Origin: a bacterium
GTDB taxonomy: Bacteria; Krumholzibacteriota; Krumholzibacteriia; LZORAL124-64-63
NCBI GenBank assembly: GCA_031441465.1
Contig: JANOEP010000044.1
Span: 1 to 64,000, forward strand
Direction of reading: 5' to 3'
DNA: 64,000 nucleotides
The notes beneath the pieces are model-generated. The model ran no database searches. It was not told where the DNA came from and worked only from the letters and a program-made list of their open reading frames with translations. Shown one piece after another: positions 37,442-46,846 of the stretch. The position numbers and the translations under genes are program-made. Numbering within the stretch: position 1 is the first letter of the stretch; the number at the start of each line of letters is the position of its first letter.

Positions 37442-39448
37442 TCAGCGCGCGAGGACCGCCTTGGTGATGTTCACGAACCCGGCCGCCGAAGCCCGCACCA
37501 GGTAGACGCCGCTGGAGGCGGCGCGCCCGCCATCGTTGCGGCCGTCCCAGGCCAGGGCGTGGGGGCCGGCCGCCAGGGCGCCGTCGTGCAGGGTGCGCAC
37601 GAGGTGACCCTGGAGGTCGTAGACCGCCACGCGGGCGGGGCCGTCGGCCGGCAGCGTGAAGGCGACGCTCGTCTGCGGGTTGAACGGGTTGGGCCGCACC
37701 CGCAGGTCCAGGCCGGGGTTGAACGGCAGCTCGCCGACCGCGGTGGCGTCGGCGGTCAGCAGCCAGGCGCTGGCGTTCAGAAAGAACTCGCGGTTGTCCG
37801 AGCCGACCTCGGTCCAGTTGTTCGCGTGGGATTCGCTGTCGGTGCCATCGGCGGTGCTCGAGGAGTCGCCGTAGCCCACGATCTTGCCCTGGCCGTAGCG
37901 TGACCAGGCGGCGACGTGGGGCGAGCCCTCGTTCTTGCTGATCAGGGCGCCCACGTCCGCGAGGTCGGGGTTGGCGGTCGGCCACAGGCTCATCACGTTG
38001 CCCACGTGGTAGATGACGGCCGCCACCTCGCCGTAGGGGCCGTGGATCACGGGATTGACCGGGTCGCCGGTCACGTTGGTGAAGGTGCCGGTGATCGCGT
38101 TGTTGCCCTCGTCCTTCACGTGGAAGTGCAGGCCGAACAGGGCGCCGCAGAAGGTTTCGGTGTCGCCGGCCGGGGGGACCGTGATGTGCGGCACGGAGTA
38201 GCCGCCGAAGATGCTCGGGCTGTCCCAGCCATCGCCGTCGCGGTCGCTGCCGTTGTGGTCGGCCACCACGAAGAGCGAGCCGCCGGCGTAGACGAACTGG
38301 CGCACGGCCTCGATCTCGGCCGCGGTGAACGGGGCCTGCGGCTCGGGGATCACCAGCAGGTCGACGTCGGCGAGCTGGGCCGATGTGATCGCCGCGTTGT
38401 TGCTGCGGATGGTGTTGCCCGCGAGGAACAGCTCGTAGCCCCAGCTCGACAGCTGGCCGCTCCAGGCCGACTCGCTCGTCGGGTTGGCCGGCAGGGGGTT
38501 GGGATGGTTGTCGTCGACGCGCCAGTTGCCCGAGGTGCCGGCGTCCTGCTGATGCATGTGGTCGAAGAGCACGACCTTGCCGCCGGCGATGCCGCCCTGG
38601 ATGGTGACGGAGAAGTAGCCCGTCGGGGCGTTGGCCGGGTTCAGCGACTCGGCGCTCTCGTCGTCCCGGGCCCAGACGTAGTACTGCAGGACCGTGTTGC
38701 CGACCTGATTCGCGAAGGTCGCGGCGTACTGGTCGCCGCCCACGGAGGTCATGACCGTGGAGGTGAACGAGCCGGCGCCCACGCGCGACCAGCACCAGAC
38801 CGCGTCGACGGTGCCGTCGGCGTCGGTGACCGTCGTGGTGATGGTGACGTCGTCGCCATCGGACGGTGTCGCGGGCGCGTGCTGGACCGTCGCGATGACC
38901 GGCGGCTGGTTCGAGGTGCCGGTCGTGCCGTCGTAGTACAGCTCGATGAATTCGTAGGGGTAGTCGGCGGGGTCGTTGGCCTCGCTGATCACCAGGCCCG
39001 ACATGACGGCGTCGGGCGCCTCGACGCCCGTACCCGGCGTCGGCGTGGTGTTGATGGTCCAGGCCAGGGTCTCGGGATCCGGACGGTGGTAGGCGCGTCC
39101 GGTGGTGGTGATCCCGGGGGTCGGCCCGTCCTCGTTGCCGTTGGCGGCGTTGCGCAGCTCGTAGGTCTCGGCCCCGTTGATGAAGGGGAACGTCGCCGCG
39201 GAGTTCAGGAACACCACATTGCCGCCCAGAGCGACCCCGTAGTAGGTCTCGAACGCGGCCTGGGCGGCGTCGCGCGCCACGATGAGGTAGCCGCCCGCGG
39301 GCACCACGGTGCCGGCCGGGATCGTGTAGGTCTGGGCGGAGTTCGCCTGCACGAGCTTCCAGCCGCCCACGTTCAGGCTCTGGGCCAGGCAGGGTGCGGC
39401 GAGCAGCAGCAGCGCGGCGAAAGCGAGCAGGGGGCGGCAACGGGTCAT
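37442..39448 (-). CDS. Secreted multidomain protein: lamin-tail-like, Ig-like, GATase-fold (DUF4350-like) domain, FlgD-Ig C-terminal domain
   Basis: YTIPAGTVVPAGGYLIVAR; ISE..D...EFIELY; VLFD..H, DLLVIPEP..FT..E...FV..GG; PNPFNP tail. Confidence 0.72.
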   Translation of the reverse strand: MTRCRPLLAFAALLLLAAPCLAQSLNVGGWKLVQANSAQTYTIPAGTVVPAGGYLIVARDAAQAAFETYYGVALGGNVVFLNSAATFPFINGAETYELRNAANGNEDGPTPGITTTGRAYHRPDPETLAWTINTTPTPGTGVEAPDAVMSGLVISEANDPADYPYEFIELYYDGTTGTSNQPPVIATVQHAPATPSDGDDVTITTTVTDADGTVDAVWCWSRVGAGSFTSTVMTSVGGDQYAATFANQVGNTVLQYYVWARDDESAESLNPANAPTGYFSVTIQGGIAGGKVVLFDHMHQQDAGTSGNWRVDDNHPNPLPANPTSESAWSGQLSSWGYELFLAGNTIRSNNAAITSAQLADVDLLVIPEPQAPFTAAEIEAVRQFVYAGGSLFVVADHNGSDRDGDGWDSPSIFGGYSVPHITVPPAGDTETFCGALFGLHFHVKDEGNNAITGTFTNVTGDPVNPVIHGPYGEVAAVIYHVGNVMSLWPTANPDLADVGALISKNEGSPHVAAWSRYGQGKIVGYGDSSSTADGTDSESHANNWTEVGSDNREFFLNASAWLLTADATAVGELPFNPGLDLRVRPNPFNPQTSVAFTLPADGPARVAVYDLQGHLVRTLHDGALAAGPHALAWDGRNDGGRAASSGVYLVRASAAGFVNITKAVLAR

Positions 39449-39694
39449 CGGGCACGTCCTTCGGGTGCGGATCCGGGCGGGCGGATGCCGGGTCGGGCTG
39501 TTGGGGCGGCGGGCGAATCCGCCCCAAAGTTGATCAATGGTAACACACTGAGAACAAGAGAACAAACGTTGAGATCGGTAAGGCTAAAATCGTCGTTGTT
39601 CACAGCCGTGAGACGCGGCAATATGTATCTATATAGACTGTTATAAGGATATTATCTTTGCCGACCCATGGTAGGGTCCATCTGCAGTGCGTTC

Positions 39695-39723
39695 TTGACA
39701 TATTCGCGAATCGCGAATACAGT
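39695..39723 (+). promoter_or_regulatory. Sigma70 promoter with perfect palindromic operator in the spacer
   Basis: TTGACA-17 nt-TACAGT; TATTCGCGA-A-TCGCGAATA at 39701-39719; ATG 6 nt downstream of the -10. Confidence 0.75.
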
Positions 39724-39729
39724 ATGTGC

Positions 39730-40266
39730 ATGGAACTCAAGCCACAGGACATCTACGTTACCCTGAAATTAGTGGCTCGTGGCAAACAACCATGGACGTA
39801 CAACCAGTTGTCCCTCGAATTGGCAATGAGCGCTTCCGAGGTCAACGCCGCCGTGAAACGCGCCCAACAGGCCGGATTGGTACGCGTGCAGGTGTACCAT
39901 GAGAAAAACCCACAACCGATCATGAAAGCGATCGATGAGTTCGTGTTCCATGGGCTCAAGTACGCGTTTCCTCCCGATCTGGGTGGAATGGTACGTGGGA
40001 TGCCGACGGCCTTCGCAGCTCCTGGAATTAGTGAATCCGTGCAATCCGATGGTCAGCCACCCCATGTTTGGCCCTGGGAGTCTGGTGTCGTGCGGGGGCT
40101 CGCACTTTCTCCTCTCTATCGATCTGCACCCCAGGCCGCGCACGCGGACAGCCAATTCTATCAGATGCTAGCTTTAGTCGATTGCCTGCGCATTTCTTCG
40201 CCACGCGGCACAGGAGCGGCAACGATCATGCTCAAGACCATGCTGGCGTCCTATGGCAAGAACTAA
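39730..40266 (+). CDS. HTH DNA-binding protein, probable antitoxin/regulator of a nucleotidyltransferase pair
   Basis: MELKPQDI...WTYNQLSLELAMSASEVNAAVKRA..AGL wHTH pattern; overlaps the next gene. Confidence 0.65.
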   Translation: MELKPQDIYVTLKLVARGKQPWTYNQLSLELAMSASEVNAAVKRAQQAGLVRVQVYHEKNPQPIMKAIDEFVFHGLKYAFPPDLGGMVRGMPTAFAAPGISESVQSDGQPPHVWPWESGVVRGLALSPLYRSAPQAAHADSQFYQMLALVDCLRISSPRGTGAATIMLKTMLASYGKN

Positions 40267-40960
40267 AAGTTCGAACCTGGATGCACTCGTGCGTGCTTCG
40301 GAGCTGCTCGGCCCCCTTCTCGATGAGATGGTGCTGATCGGCGGTTGTGCCGTTGATCTACTGATCACGGACGATGCGGCGCCTCCCGTGCGGATCACCC
40401 GCGATATCGATGTGATCATTGAGGCCGCATCCTATAACGAATTTCAGGCGATCGAACGACGTCTCCGCGAGCGGGGGTTTTCTCAGGATATGTCCCTGCC
40501 TGGGCCGATCTGCCGCTTTCACCATGACTCGCTGTTCCTGGATGTGATGCCTTGTGATGAGACAGTTCTCGGGTTCGGAAGCTGTTGGTTCAGTCGTGCG
40601 TTCGCCAACAGTCTGGTCTGTCGACTGCCGAACGGGCTCGATATCCGGTACGTATCCGCGCCCTACTTCCTGGCGACCAAGCTGATCGCCTTCAAAACGC
40701 GCGGAGCCGGCGATCTATTCAGGAGCAAGGATTTCGAGGATATCGTGGCGCTGATCGACGGTCGCCCGGAACTACCGGAGGAAGTTGCCGGGGAGAATGC
40801 CGAACTGCGGTGCTTCATCCGCGATGAGTTTCAAGACCTGATGGCCATGGGTGACTTTGTCGACTGCCTGCCGGGGATGATCCCGGCAGCGGACGCCACA
40901 TCCCGGCGCCTGCAGGTCATCCTCGGCCGTTGCGAGAGCCTCCGCGCCGAAACTCCCTGA
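40253..40960 (+). CDS. Pol-beta-superfamily nucleotidyltransferase (AbiEii-like)
   Basis: LIGGCA...RITRDIDV, LDVMP, FLATKL.AF..RG, KDFEDI. Confidence 0.7.
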   Translation: MARTKSSNLDALVRASELLGPLLDEMVLIGGCAVDLLITDDAAPPVRITRDIDVIIEAASYNEFQAIERRLRERGFSQDMSLPGPICRFHHDSLFLDVMPCDETVLGFGSCWFSRAFANSLVCRLPNGLDIRYVSAPYFLATKLIAFKTRGAGDLFRSKDFEDIVALIDGRPELPEEVAGENAELRCFIRDEFQDLMAMGDFVDCLPGMIPAADATSRRLQVILGRCESLRAETP

Positions 40961-41077
40961 TCATGCCGGCGCCCCCCCTCGTACCCGTATCGAGCTGGTC
41001 ATGTGGTAATGAGGCTGACGATCAGCCAGAACGGTGCTAGGCTCACCGCGGTTCAGGTTGTCGAGGAGGATCGGACG

Positions 41078-42136
41078 TTGAAATCGAGATTCCCGGCGCT
41101 CACGGTGCTGCTCGTTGCCGCGGCGGCGACGGTCGCTCCCGGCCAGGCTTCTCCGGCCAAGACGCAACATCGCGCCCCCTCGCCGCGCGCCGCCGGCTCC
41201 CGCATCGGCGGCGACTCCATCGAATCCGCCGTGGGCATCTTCACGCTGCCGTACACCGACACGGGCTCCACCCTCGAGGCGCTCAACGACTACGACGAGA
41301 TCTGCCCCTGGGACGGGAGCGAGTCGCCGGACGTGGTCTACGCGATCAAGCAGACCAACGACACCTACGTCACGATCGACCTCTGCGGCTCCGGCTACGA
41401 CACGCGCGTCTTCGTCTACGACTACAACCGGGTCAGGGTGGGCTGCAACGACGACCGCATCGGCACGGAGTTCCCCTGCAACTCCCTTGACTCGCGGATC
41501 GACGCCCTGCTGCTCGAGGCGGGCATCCCCTACTACATCATCATCGACGGCTACGGCGGCGACAGCGGCGACTACGTCCTGACGGTGAGCGTCGCCGACA
41601 TCCCCGTCCTGGAGTGCCCCGACGGCGCTCCGGTCGAGGGCGAGCCGCCGATGGTGTTCGGGTTCGACGACAAGTACAACTGCGGCTGCTTTTGCGTCAA
41701 TCCACCTGCCAGGTACCAGAGCCTCCCGGTCGACGCCGCCGGCACGACCTTCGCCTGCTTCCGCTCCGGCTGGAACGGCATCGCCGGCGGGAGCGCAAGC
41801 GACTTCGACTGGATCGAGACCGAGGTCGGCCCTGACGGGATGCTCCACTTCGAACTCGCCGTGGAGTGGCCCTCGGAACTCGTCGTGCTGCCGCCCACCT
41901 GTGACGTCACCGAATACTACGGCTTCGTCGCCGCCGACCCGAGCGCGACCGCGACCCTGGACGTCCCGCTCGCGCCCGGTACGCCGGTGTGGGTGGTCCT
42001 GAGTTCCTCGCCCTACGTCGACCCGGGCCCCAACCTGCCCCTGGAGTACGACCTCCACCTGTCCATCGCCGGTCAGGCCGCCACAACGTCCAACGAGGGG
42101 CTGAGCTGGGGAGAGATCAAGGCCGCGTACCGTTGA
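41078..42136 (+). CDS. Secreted Cys-containing PPC-like-domain protein, paralogue 1 of 3, WGxxKxxY tail
   Basis: GAGGAGG RBS and TTG start; PDVVY...IDLCGS.YDT...CNDD...YYII.DG; ends SWGEIKAAYR. Confidence 0.75.
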   Translation: MKSRFPALTVLLVAAAATVAPGQASPAKTQHRAPSPRAAGSRIGGDSIESAVGIFTLPYTDTGSTLEALNDYDEICPWDGSESPDVVYAIKQTNDTYVTIDLCGSGYDTRVFVYDYNRVRVGCNDDRIGTEFPCNSLDSRIDALLLEAGIPYYIIIDGYGGDSGDYVLTVSVADIPVLECPDGAPVEGEPPMVFGFDDKYNCGCFCVNPPARYQSLPVDAAGTTFACFRSGWNGIAGGSASDFDWIETEVGPDGMLHFELAVEWPSELVVLPPTCDVTEYYGFVAADPSATATLDVPLAPGTPVWVVLSSSPYVDPGPNLPLEYDLHLSIAGQAATTSNEGLSWGEIKAAYR

Positions 42137-42243
42137 AGGGCGGCCTGCCGCCGCAGTCTCGAACACTGGTGCGAATCGTGTACCGCCCGCCCGCGATGTT
42201 CCCTAGTTTCATCGACCGCCCCCCGATCACGAAGGAGAGGCCG

Positions 42244-43242
42244 ATGAGATCGTCGACCCTGATCGTCATGGCGTTGCTCGTTGCGGTGCCGGTCGCGGCC
42301 GCGCCGCGGGTCGCCGGCGACACCATCGAAAGCGCCATGGGCATCGCCGCCCTGCCTTACCTCGACACCGGCTCCACCACCATGGCCTTCGACGACTACG
42401 ACGAGACCTGTTCCTGGGACGGGAGCGGGTCGCCGGACGTCGTCTACGCGATCAAGCTGCCCGCCGACGCGTACGTCACCGTCGACCTCTGCGGCTCGAC
42501 CTACGACACCCGCGTCTACGTCTACGACCAGGCCCGGGCCGTCATCGGCTGCAACGACGACAGCGGCAGCACGGATCCCCTCTGCAACCCGCCCGATTCG
42601 CGGATCGACGCCCTGCGGCTCGAGGCCGACGTCCCCTACTACATCATCGTCGACGGCTTCGGCGGCGACAGCGGCGGCTACGTCCTGAAGGTGAGCGTCG
42701 CCGACATCCCCGTCCTGGTCTGCCCCGGCGGCGCCCGGGTCGAGGGCGAACCGCCGCTGGTGTTCGACGTCGACGACGCGTTCAACTGCGGTTGCGCTTG
42801 CGCGAGCCCGCCGGACCGGTTCCAGAAGCTCGGGGCCGACGCCGCGGGTTCGACCTACGCCTGCCTCCGCTCCGGCTGGAACGGCTACCCCGGGGCCCCC
42901 GTGTTCGACGAGGACTGGCTGACGGTCATCGTCGGACCGGACGGTCTGCTCCATTTCGAACTCGTCGTCGAAAGGGCGACGGAACTCATCGTGCGCCGGG
43001 CCACCTGCGAGACCGCCGTGTACTACGGTTACGTCACCGCGGAAGCGAACGAGCCCGCGACCCTGGACGTCCATCTCGCCCCCGGCACGCCGATATGGGC
43101 CGTGCTGAGCCCTTCACCCTTCTTCGATCCGGGCATCGTCCTGCCCCTGGAGTACGGCCTCCACTTGACCATCGACGGCCAAGCCACCGCCACGGCGAAC
43201 GAGGGACGGAGCTGGGGGGAGATCAAGGCGGTCTACCGGTAA
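42244..43242 (+). CDS. Secreted paralogue 2 of 3, WGxxKxxY tail
   Basis: Collinear similarity to the 41078 gene; ends SWGEIKAVYR. Confidence 0.78.
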   Translation: MRSSTLIVMALLVAVPVAAAPRVAGDTIESAMGIAALPYLDTGSTTMAFDDYDETCSWDGSGSPDVVYAIKLPADAYVTVDLCGSTYDTRVYVYDQARAVIGCNDDSGSTDPLCNPPDSRIDALRLEADVPYYIIVDGFGGDSGGYVLKVSVADIPVLVCPGGARVEGEPPLVFDVDDAFNCGCACASPPDRFQKLGADAAGSTYACLRSGWNGYPGAPVFDEDWLTVIVGPDGLLHFELVVERATELIVRRATCETAVYYGYVTAEANEPATLDVHLAPGTPIWAVLSPSPFFDPGIVLPLEYGLHLTIDGQATATANEGRSWGEIKAVYR

Positions 43243-43367
43243 GGCCCGGCCGGCCGGTGTGATTTTGCTGGTACATGCCATGGTTGCTGATACGCTACGA
43301 TCGTTGTCCGATGCAACCGGAGAAGGACGAACTCGGCGACATCGACCCGCTCATGGAGGAGAGGACG

Positions 43368-44450
43368 ATGAAAGCGAACACCCTGGTATTGATCCTGCTG
43401 CTGTTCGCAGCCCCCCTGCTCTCGACCCCCTTGGCCGCCCGGAACCCCGACGCCTGGTCCCAGCAGAAGCCCCACCGTCCGGCGCCGCCCGCCGCCGCCG
43501 CAACCGACGCGCGTGACGGCGGTGACACGATCATGGAGGCGGTGGAGATCGCCGGCCTGCCCTACGCCGACAGCGGCTTGACGACCAACGCCGCCGACGA
43601 CTACGACGCGGTCTGCCCCTTCGAGGGCAGCGAATCGCCCGACGTCGTCTACGCCTACACTCCCGTTTCCGGCGGCGCGATCGCGATCGATCTCTGCGGC
43701 TCCGACTACGACACGAAGGTCTTCGTCTACGACATCGCGATGAACGTCGTCGCCTGCAACGACGACTTCTACCCGTCCGGCGACCAGGTCTGCGGCGCCT
43801 ACGCGTCGAAGATCGAGTACCTCGAGGTCCAGGCGGGAACCACGTACTACATCATCGTCGACGGCTACGACGGCGAGTCCGGCGCGTACCAGCTGGCCGT
43901 CGCGCCGGCGACGGCCGCCGGCCTGGAGTGCCCGGCCGGCTTGCGCGTCGAGGGCGAACCGCCGCCGGACGCCGGCGGGGACGACGTCTTCAACGGCGGC
44001 TGCACCACCGGCGGGTTGCACTTCCAGACCATCACGGGCGGCCTCGACGGCATGCTCGAGATCTGCCAGATCTCGGGCTGGAACGACAGCCAGGCCGCCT
44101 ACATCTACGACGTCGACTGGCTCGAGGCGACGGTAGGTCCGGGCGGGCTGTTCCACTGCGAGTTCGACGCCGACTGGACGATGGACTGCCGGGTGTTCAG
44201 CGCCGATAACTGCTTCTTCACCCAACAACTGGCGTACGCCAGGGGCGGCCGCGGCGTGATCGGGACGATCGATCTGGAACTGACTCCCGGCGCCGTCATC
44301 TGGCTGTACTTCGCGCCGGCCAGTTCGAGCCCGCCGATCGACGTGACGCCTTACACGTTCGACTACACGCTCGACGTGTCGGGCCTCGAACCGGCGGCGG
44401 CGGCCAACGAGGCGATGGGGTGGGGGGCGGTCAAGAGCCTGTATAAATAG
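43368..44450 (+). CDS. Secreted paralogue 3 of 3, WGxxKxxY tail
   Basis: Same motifs, more divergent; ends GWGAVKSLYK. Confidence 0.78.
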   Translation: MKANTLVLILLLFAAPLLSTPLAARNPDAWSQQKPHRPAPPAAAATDARDGGDTIMEAVEIAGLPYADSGLTTNAADDYDAVCPFEGSESPDVVYAYTPVSGGAIAIDLCGSDYDTKVFVYDIAMNVVACNDDFYPSGDQVCGAYASKIEYLEVQAGTTYYIIVDGYDGESGAYQLAVAPATAAGLECPAGLRVEGEPPPDAGGDDVFNGGCTTGGLHFQTITGGLDGMLEICQISGWNDSQAAYIYDVDWLEATVGPGGLFHCEFDADWTMDCRVFSADNCFFTQQLAYARGGRGVIGTIDLELTPGAVIWLYFAPASSSPPIDVTPYTFDYTLDVSGLEPAAAANEAMGWGAVKSLYK

Positions 44451-44463
44451 GGTTCTGGCCACA

Positions 44464-44505
44464 AAATTGTCCCTGGCGCGGCAACGACTGCGCCAGGGAC
44501 AATTT
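44464..44505. repeat. 16-bp perfect inverted repeat between convergent genes (terminator or REP-like)
   Basis: AAATTGTCCCTGGCGC / GCGCCAGGGACAATTT. Confidence 0.75.
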
Positions 44506-44524
44506 CACGTCCAGAACCCATCAC

Positions 44525-45925
44525 TCACTCGGAGCGGGTCAGTTCCCCGAGCACTTCCACGTGCCCCGTCATCGGGAACATGTCGATCACCCGCGCGCGC
44601 CGCAGCTGGTAGCCCCCCTCGCCCAACGTCTTGACGTCGCGGGCGAACGTCGCCGGATCGCAGCTCATGTAAAGCACGCGGGCGGGACCGAGTACGGCGA
44701 GGTCCTTCGCCACCTGTTCGCCCAGGCCGGTGCGCGGCGGATCGGCGACGACCGTTGTGCCGGACCAATCGAGCGCTCCGGCGGGATCGCCCGGGTTGCC
44801 GGGTTGGTCGGCGGGATCGCCGGTCTTCCAGGACAGGACGGCCCGCTCGACCGGGGTGTCGAGCACGGCGGTGCGGGCGGCGGCGGCGCGGTCGCGTTTG
44901 ACGTTGTTGCGGGCGTCGCGGACCGCGCCCGCGTCGCTCTCGACGGCCACGGTGCGGGCGAAGCGGTCGTCCAACGCCAGGCTGAACAGACCGACACCGG
45001 CGTACAGGTCCAGCAGCGCGGCTCCCGGCGCGGCGGCGGTAACGCCGGCCTCGTCCAGCCAGTTCCTGACGAGCGCGACGGCGGCCTCGGTCTCCCGGTA
45101 GTTCGTCTGGAAGAAGCTCGTGGCGTGGACGCGGTAGGTGCGGCCGGCGAGCTGGACCACGAGGTGGTCGCGGCCCCACAGGGGCCGGTTGTTGTACAGG
45201 ATCCCCAGGCACTTCGGGTGCGGCGCCGTGCCCTCGGGCAGTTTCTTCAGCACCGCCTTGAGCATCCGCGCGCGGTCGGGCTCGCCGAACAGCGACACCA
45301 GGAAGCGGTCCTGGTGGTCCAGGCGCACCACGACCTGGTCCGCCGGCGGCAGGGTGACGACGAAGGGGAAGATGTCGTCGTTGAACGCATCCGGCATCAG
45401 GCCGTGCCGCTCGATCAGCAGGACCTCGTGGCTGTCGTGGCGAAGCATGCCGTACGGGCCGGCCGGCGTCCGCCACAGGCGGACCTTGTTGCGGTATCCC
45501 AGCGCGGGGCCGGCGGGGACGGGACTTTCGAGACGGTCGCCGAGGTCGAGACCGGCGATTCGGGCGAGGCAGTCGCGCACGATCTCCGTCTTGACCCGCA
45601 ACTGAGCCGCCACCGACAGGTGCTGCAGATCGCAGCCCGAGAGCGATCCCAACTCGCCCAGGGGTGGCTCGACGCGGTCGGCCGACGGGGTGACCACCTC
45701 GATCAGCTCGGCTTCCAGGAAGCCTTTGCGCCGGCGCGTTACGCGCGCTCGGACCGTATCGCCCGCGGCAGTGCCGGCCACGAACGTGGTCAAGCCGTCG
45801 GGACTGCGGCCCAGACCGGCGCCGCCGGTGACCAGCTTCGTGATGGCGGTCTCGAACAAGTCGCCCACGTTCAGGGGGGCGGGCGTCGGGACGCCGGAGG
45901 GATTCGTGGTCTGCAGGTCGTTCAT
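44525..45925 (-). CDS. rlmD: RlmD/TrmA-family RNA (uracil-5)-methyltransferase with TRAM domain
   Basis: GYRNK, SFFQTN, DLYAGVG, DPPRTG, YMSCDPATFARD, DMFPMTGHVE. Confidence 0.88.
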   Translation of the reverse strand: MNDLQTTNPSGVPTPAPLNVGDLFETAITKLVTGGAGLGRSPDGLTTFVAGTAAGDTVRARVTRRRKGFLEAELIEVVTPSADRVEPPLGELGSLSGCDLQHLSVAAQLRVKTEIVRDCLARIAGLDLGDRLESPVPAGPALGYRNKVRLWRTPAGPYGMLRHDSHEVLLIERHGLMPDAFNDDIFPFVVTLPPADQVVVRLDHQDRFLVSLFGEPDRARMLKAVLKKLPEGTAPHPKCLGILYNNRPLWGRDHLVVQLAGRTYRVHATSFFQTNYRETEAAVALVRNWLDEAGVTAAAPGAALLDLYAGVGLFSLALDDRFARTVAVESDAGAVRDARNNVKRDRAAAARTAVLDTPVERAVLSWKTGDPADQPGNPGDPAGALDWSGTTVVADPPRTGLGEQVAKDLAVLGPARVLYMSCDPATFARDVKTLGEGGYQLRRARVIDMFPMTGHVEVLGELTRSE

Positions 45926-45993
45926 GTGGGATCCTTGGATATGGTGAGGGACCCCCCAAGCTAACACCCGCGCCCATCACATCCAAGCCGACG

Positions 45994-46119
45994 GTTGTGG
46001 CCGGAAAATTGTCCCTGGGGCCCAAGGACCAGCTTGGCACCCATTATATGGTAATATATAGGTATAATTATGGATATTCATGGGCCGGAAGGCCCGAGGG
46101 ACAATTTCCCGGCCATAAC
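45994..46119. repeat. 29-bp imperfect inverted repeat enclosing an AT-rich core
   Basis: GTTGTGGCCGGAAAATTGTCCCTGGGGCC vs reverse complement of 46091-46119 (3 mismatches); shares AAATTGTCCCT with the 44464 element. Confidence 0.7.
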
Positions 46120-46160
46120 AAAAGTGACACCGGGAAGGGTTCCGGTCTAGACTGCCCGAC

Positions 46161-46823
46161 ATGTTGAGAACGCCCCCCAATTGGAACTCCCTTCCCCCCG
46201 CCGCCCTGTTCCTGGCCGGCATGCTCCTGCTGACCCCCGGCTGCGCCCCCCACCGCCGCGGCAAACTGCCGCCGCTCAGCGACCAGCCTGCGGCGCCCCA
46301 TCCCGACTCCGACAGGCCGGACCGCTCGCGTCCCGGTCGAGTTCAGCCTCGATCGGGGACGACGTGGCCGCCCGTCGGGATGCCGGAAGGTACCCTGGCC
46401 GATTCGTCATCCGGGGAGGCTGCGGTGCCGCCGACCGAGGTCGCCACGGCGACGGGGCAGGAAGTCTGCCGGCTGGCCATGGAGCACCTGGGCACGCCCT
46501 ACCGGTTCGGGGGCTCGACGGCCAAGGGCTTCGACTGTAGCGGGTTTGCGAGGTTCATCTTCAAGAAGGTCGGGATCGTGTTGCCGCGGTCGTCGGTCGA
46601 GCAGTCCCGCGCCGGGCACCACGTACCCAAGGGGGAGCTGCGGGTGGGCGACCTGCTCTGCTTCAACAACGGGCGCGGTCGGATCTCGCATGTGGGGATC
46701 TACATCGGGCACGGGGACTTCATCCACTCGACGTCCACGGGGGGGCGTGTGCAGATCGACAGCCTGAACGAGCCCTGGTGGACGAAAAGCCTCGAAGCGA
46801 TCCGGCGTGTGCTGCCCGAGTAA
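46161..46823 (+). CDS. NlpC/P60 (C40) cell-wall peptidase lipoprotein
   Basis: Lipobox-like TPGC; GTPYRFGG...GFDCSG, LPR, HVGIYIG. Confidence 0.9.
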   Translation: MLRTPPNWNSLPPAALFLAGMLLLTPGCAPHRRGKLPPLSDQPAAPHPDSDRPDRSRPGRVQPRSGTTWPPVGMPEGTLADSSSGEAAVPPTEVATATGQEVCRLAMEHLGTPYRFGGSTAKGFDCSGFARFIFKKVGIVLPRSSVEQSRAGHHVPKGELRVGDLLCFNNGRGRISHVGIYIGHGDFIHSTSTGGRVQIDSLNEPWWTKSLEAIRRVLPE

Positions 46824-46846
46824 GTGGGTACCCGCGCGGGCCGGGC

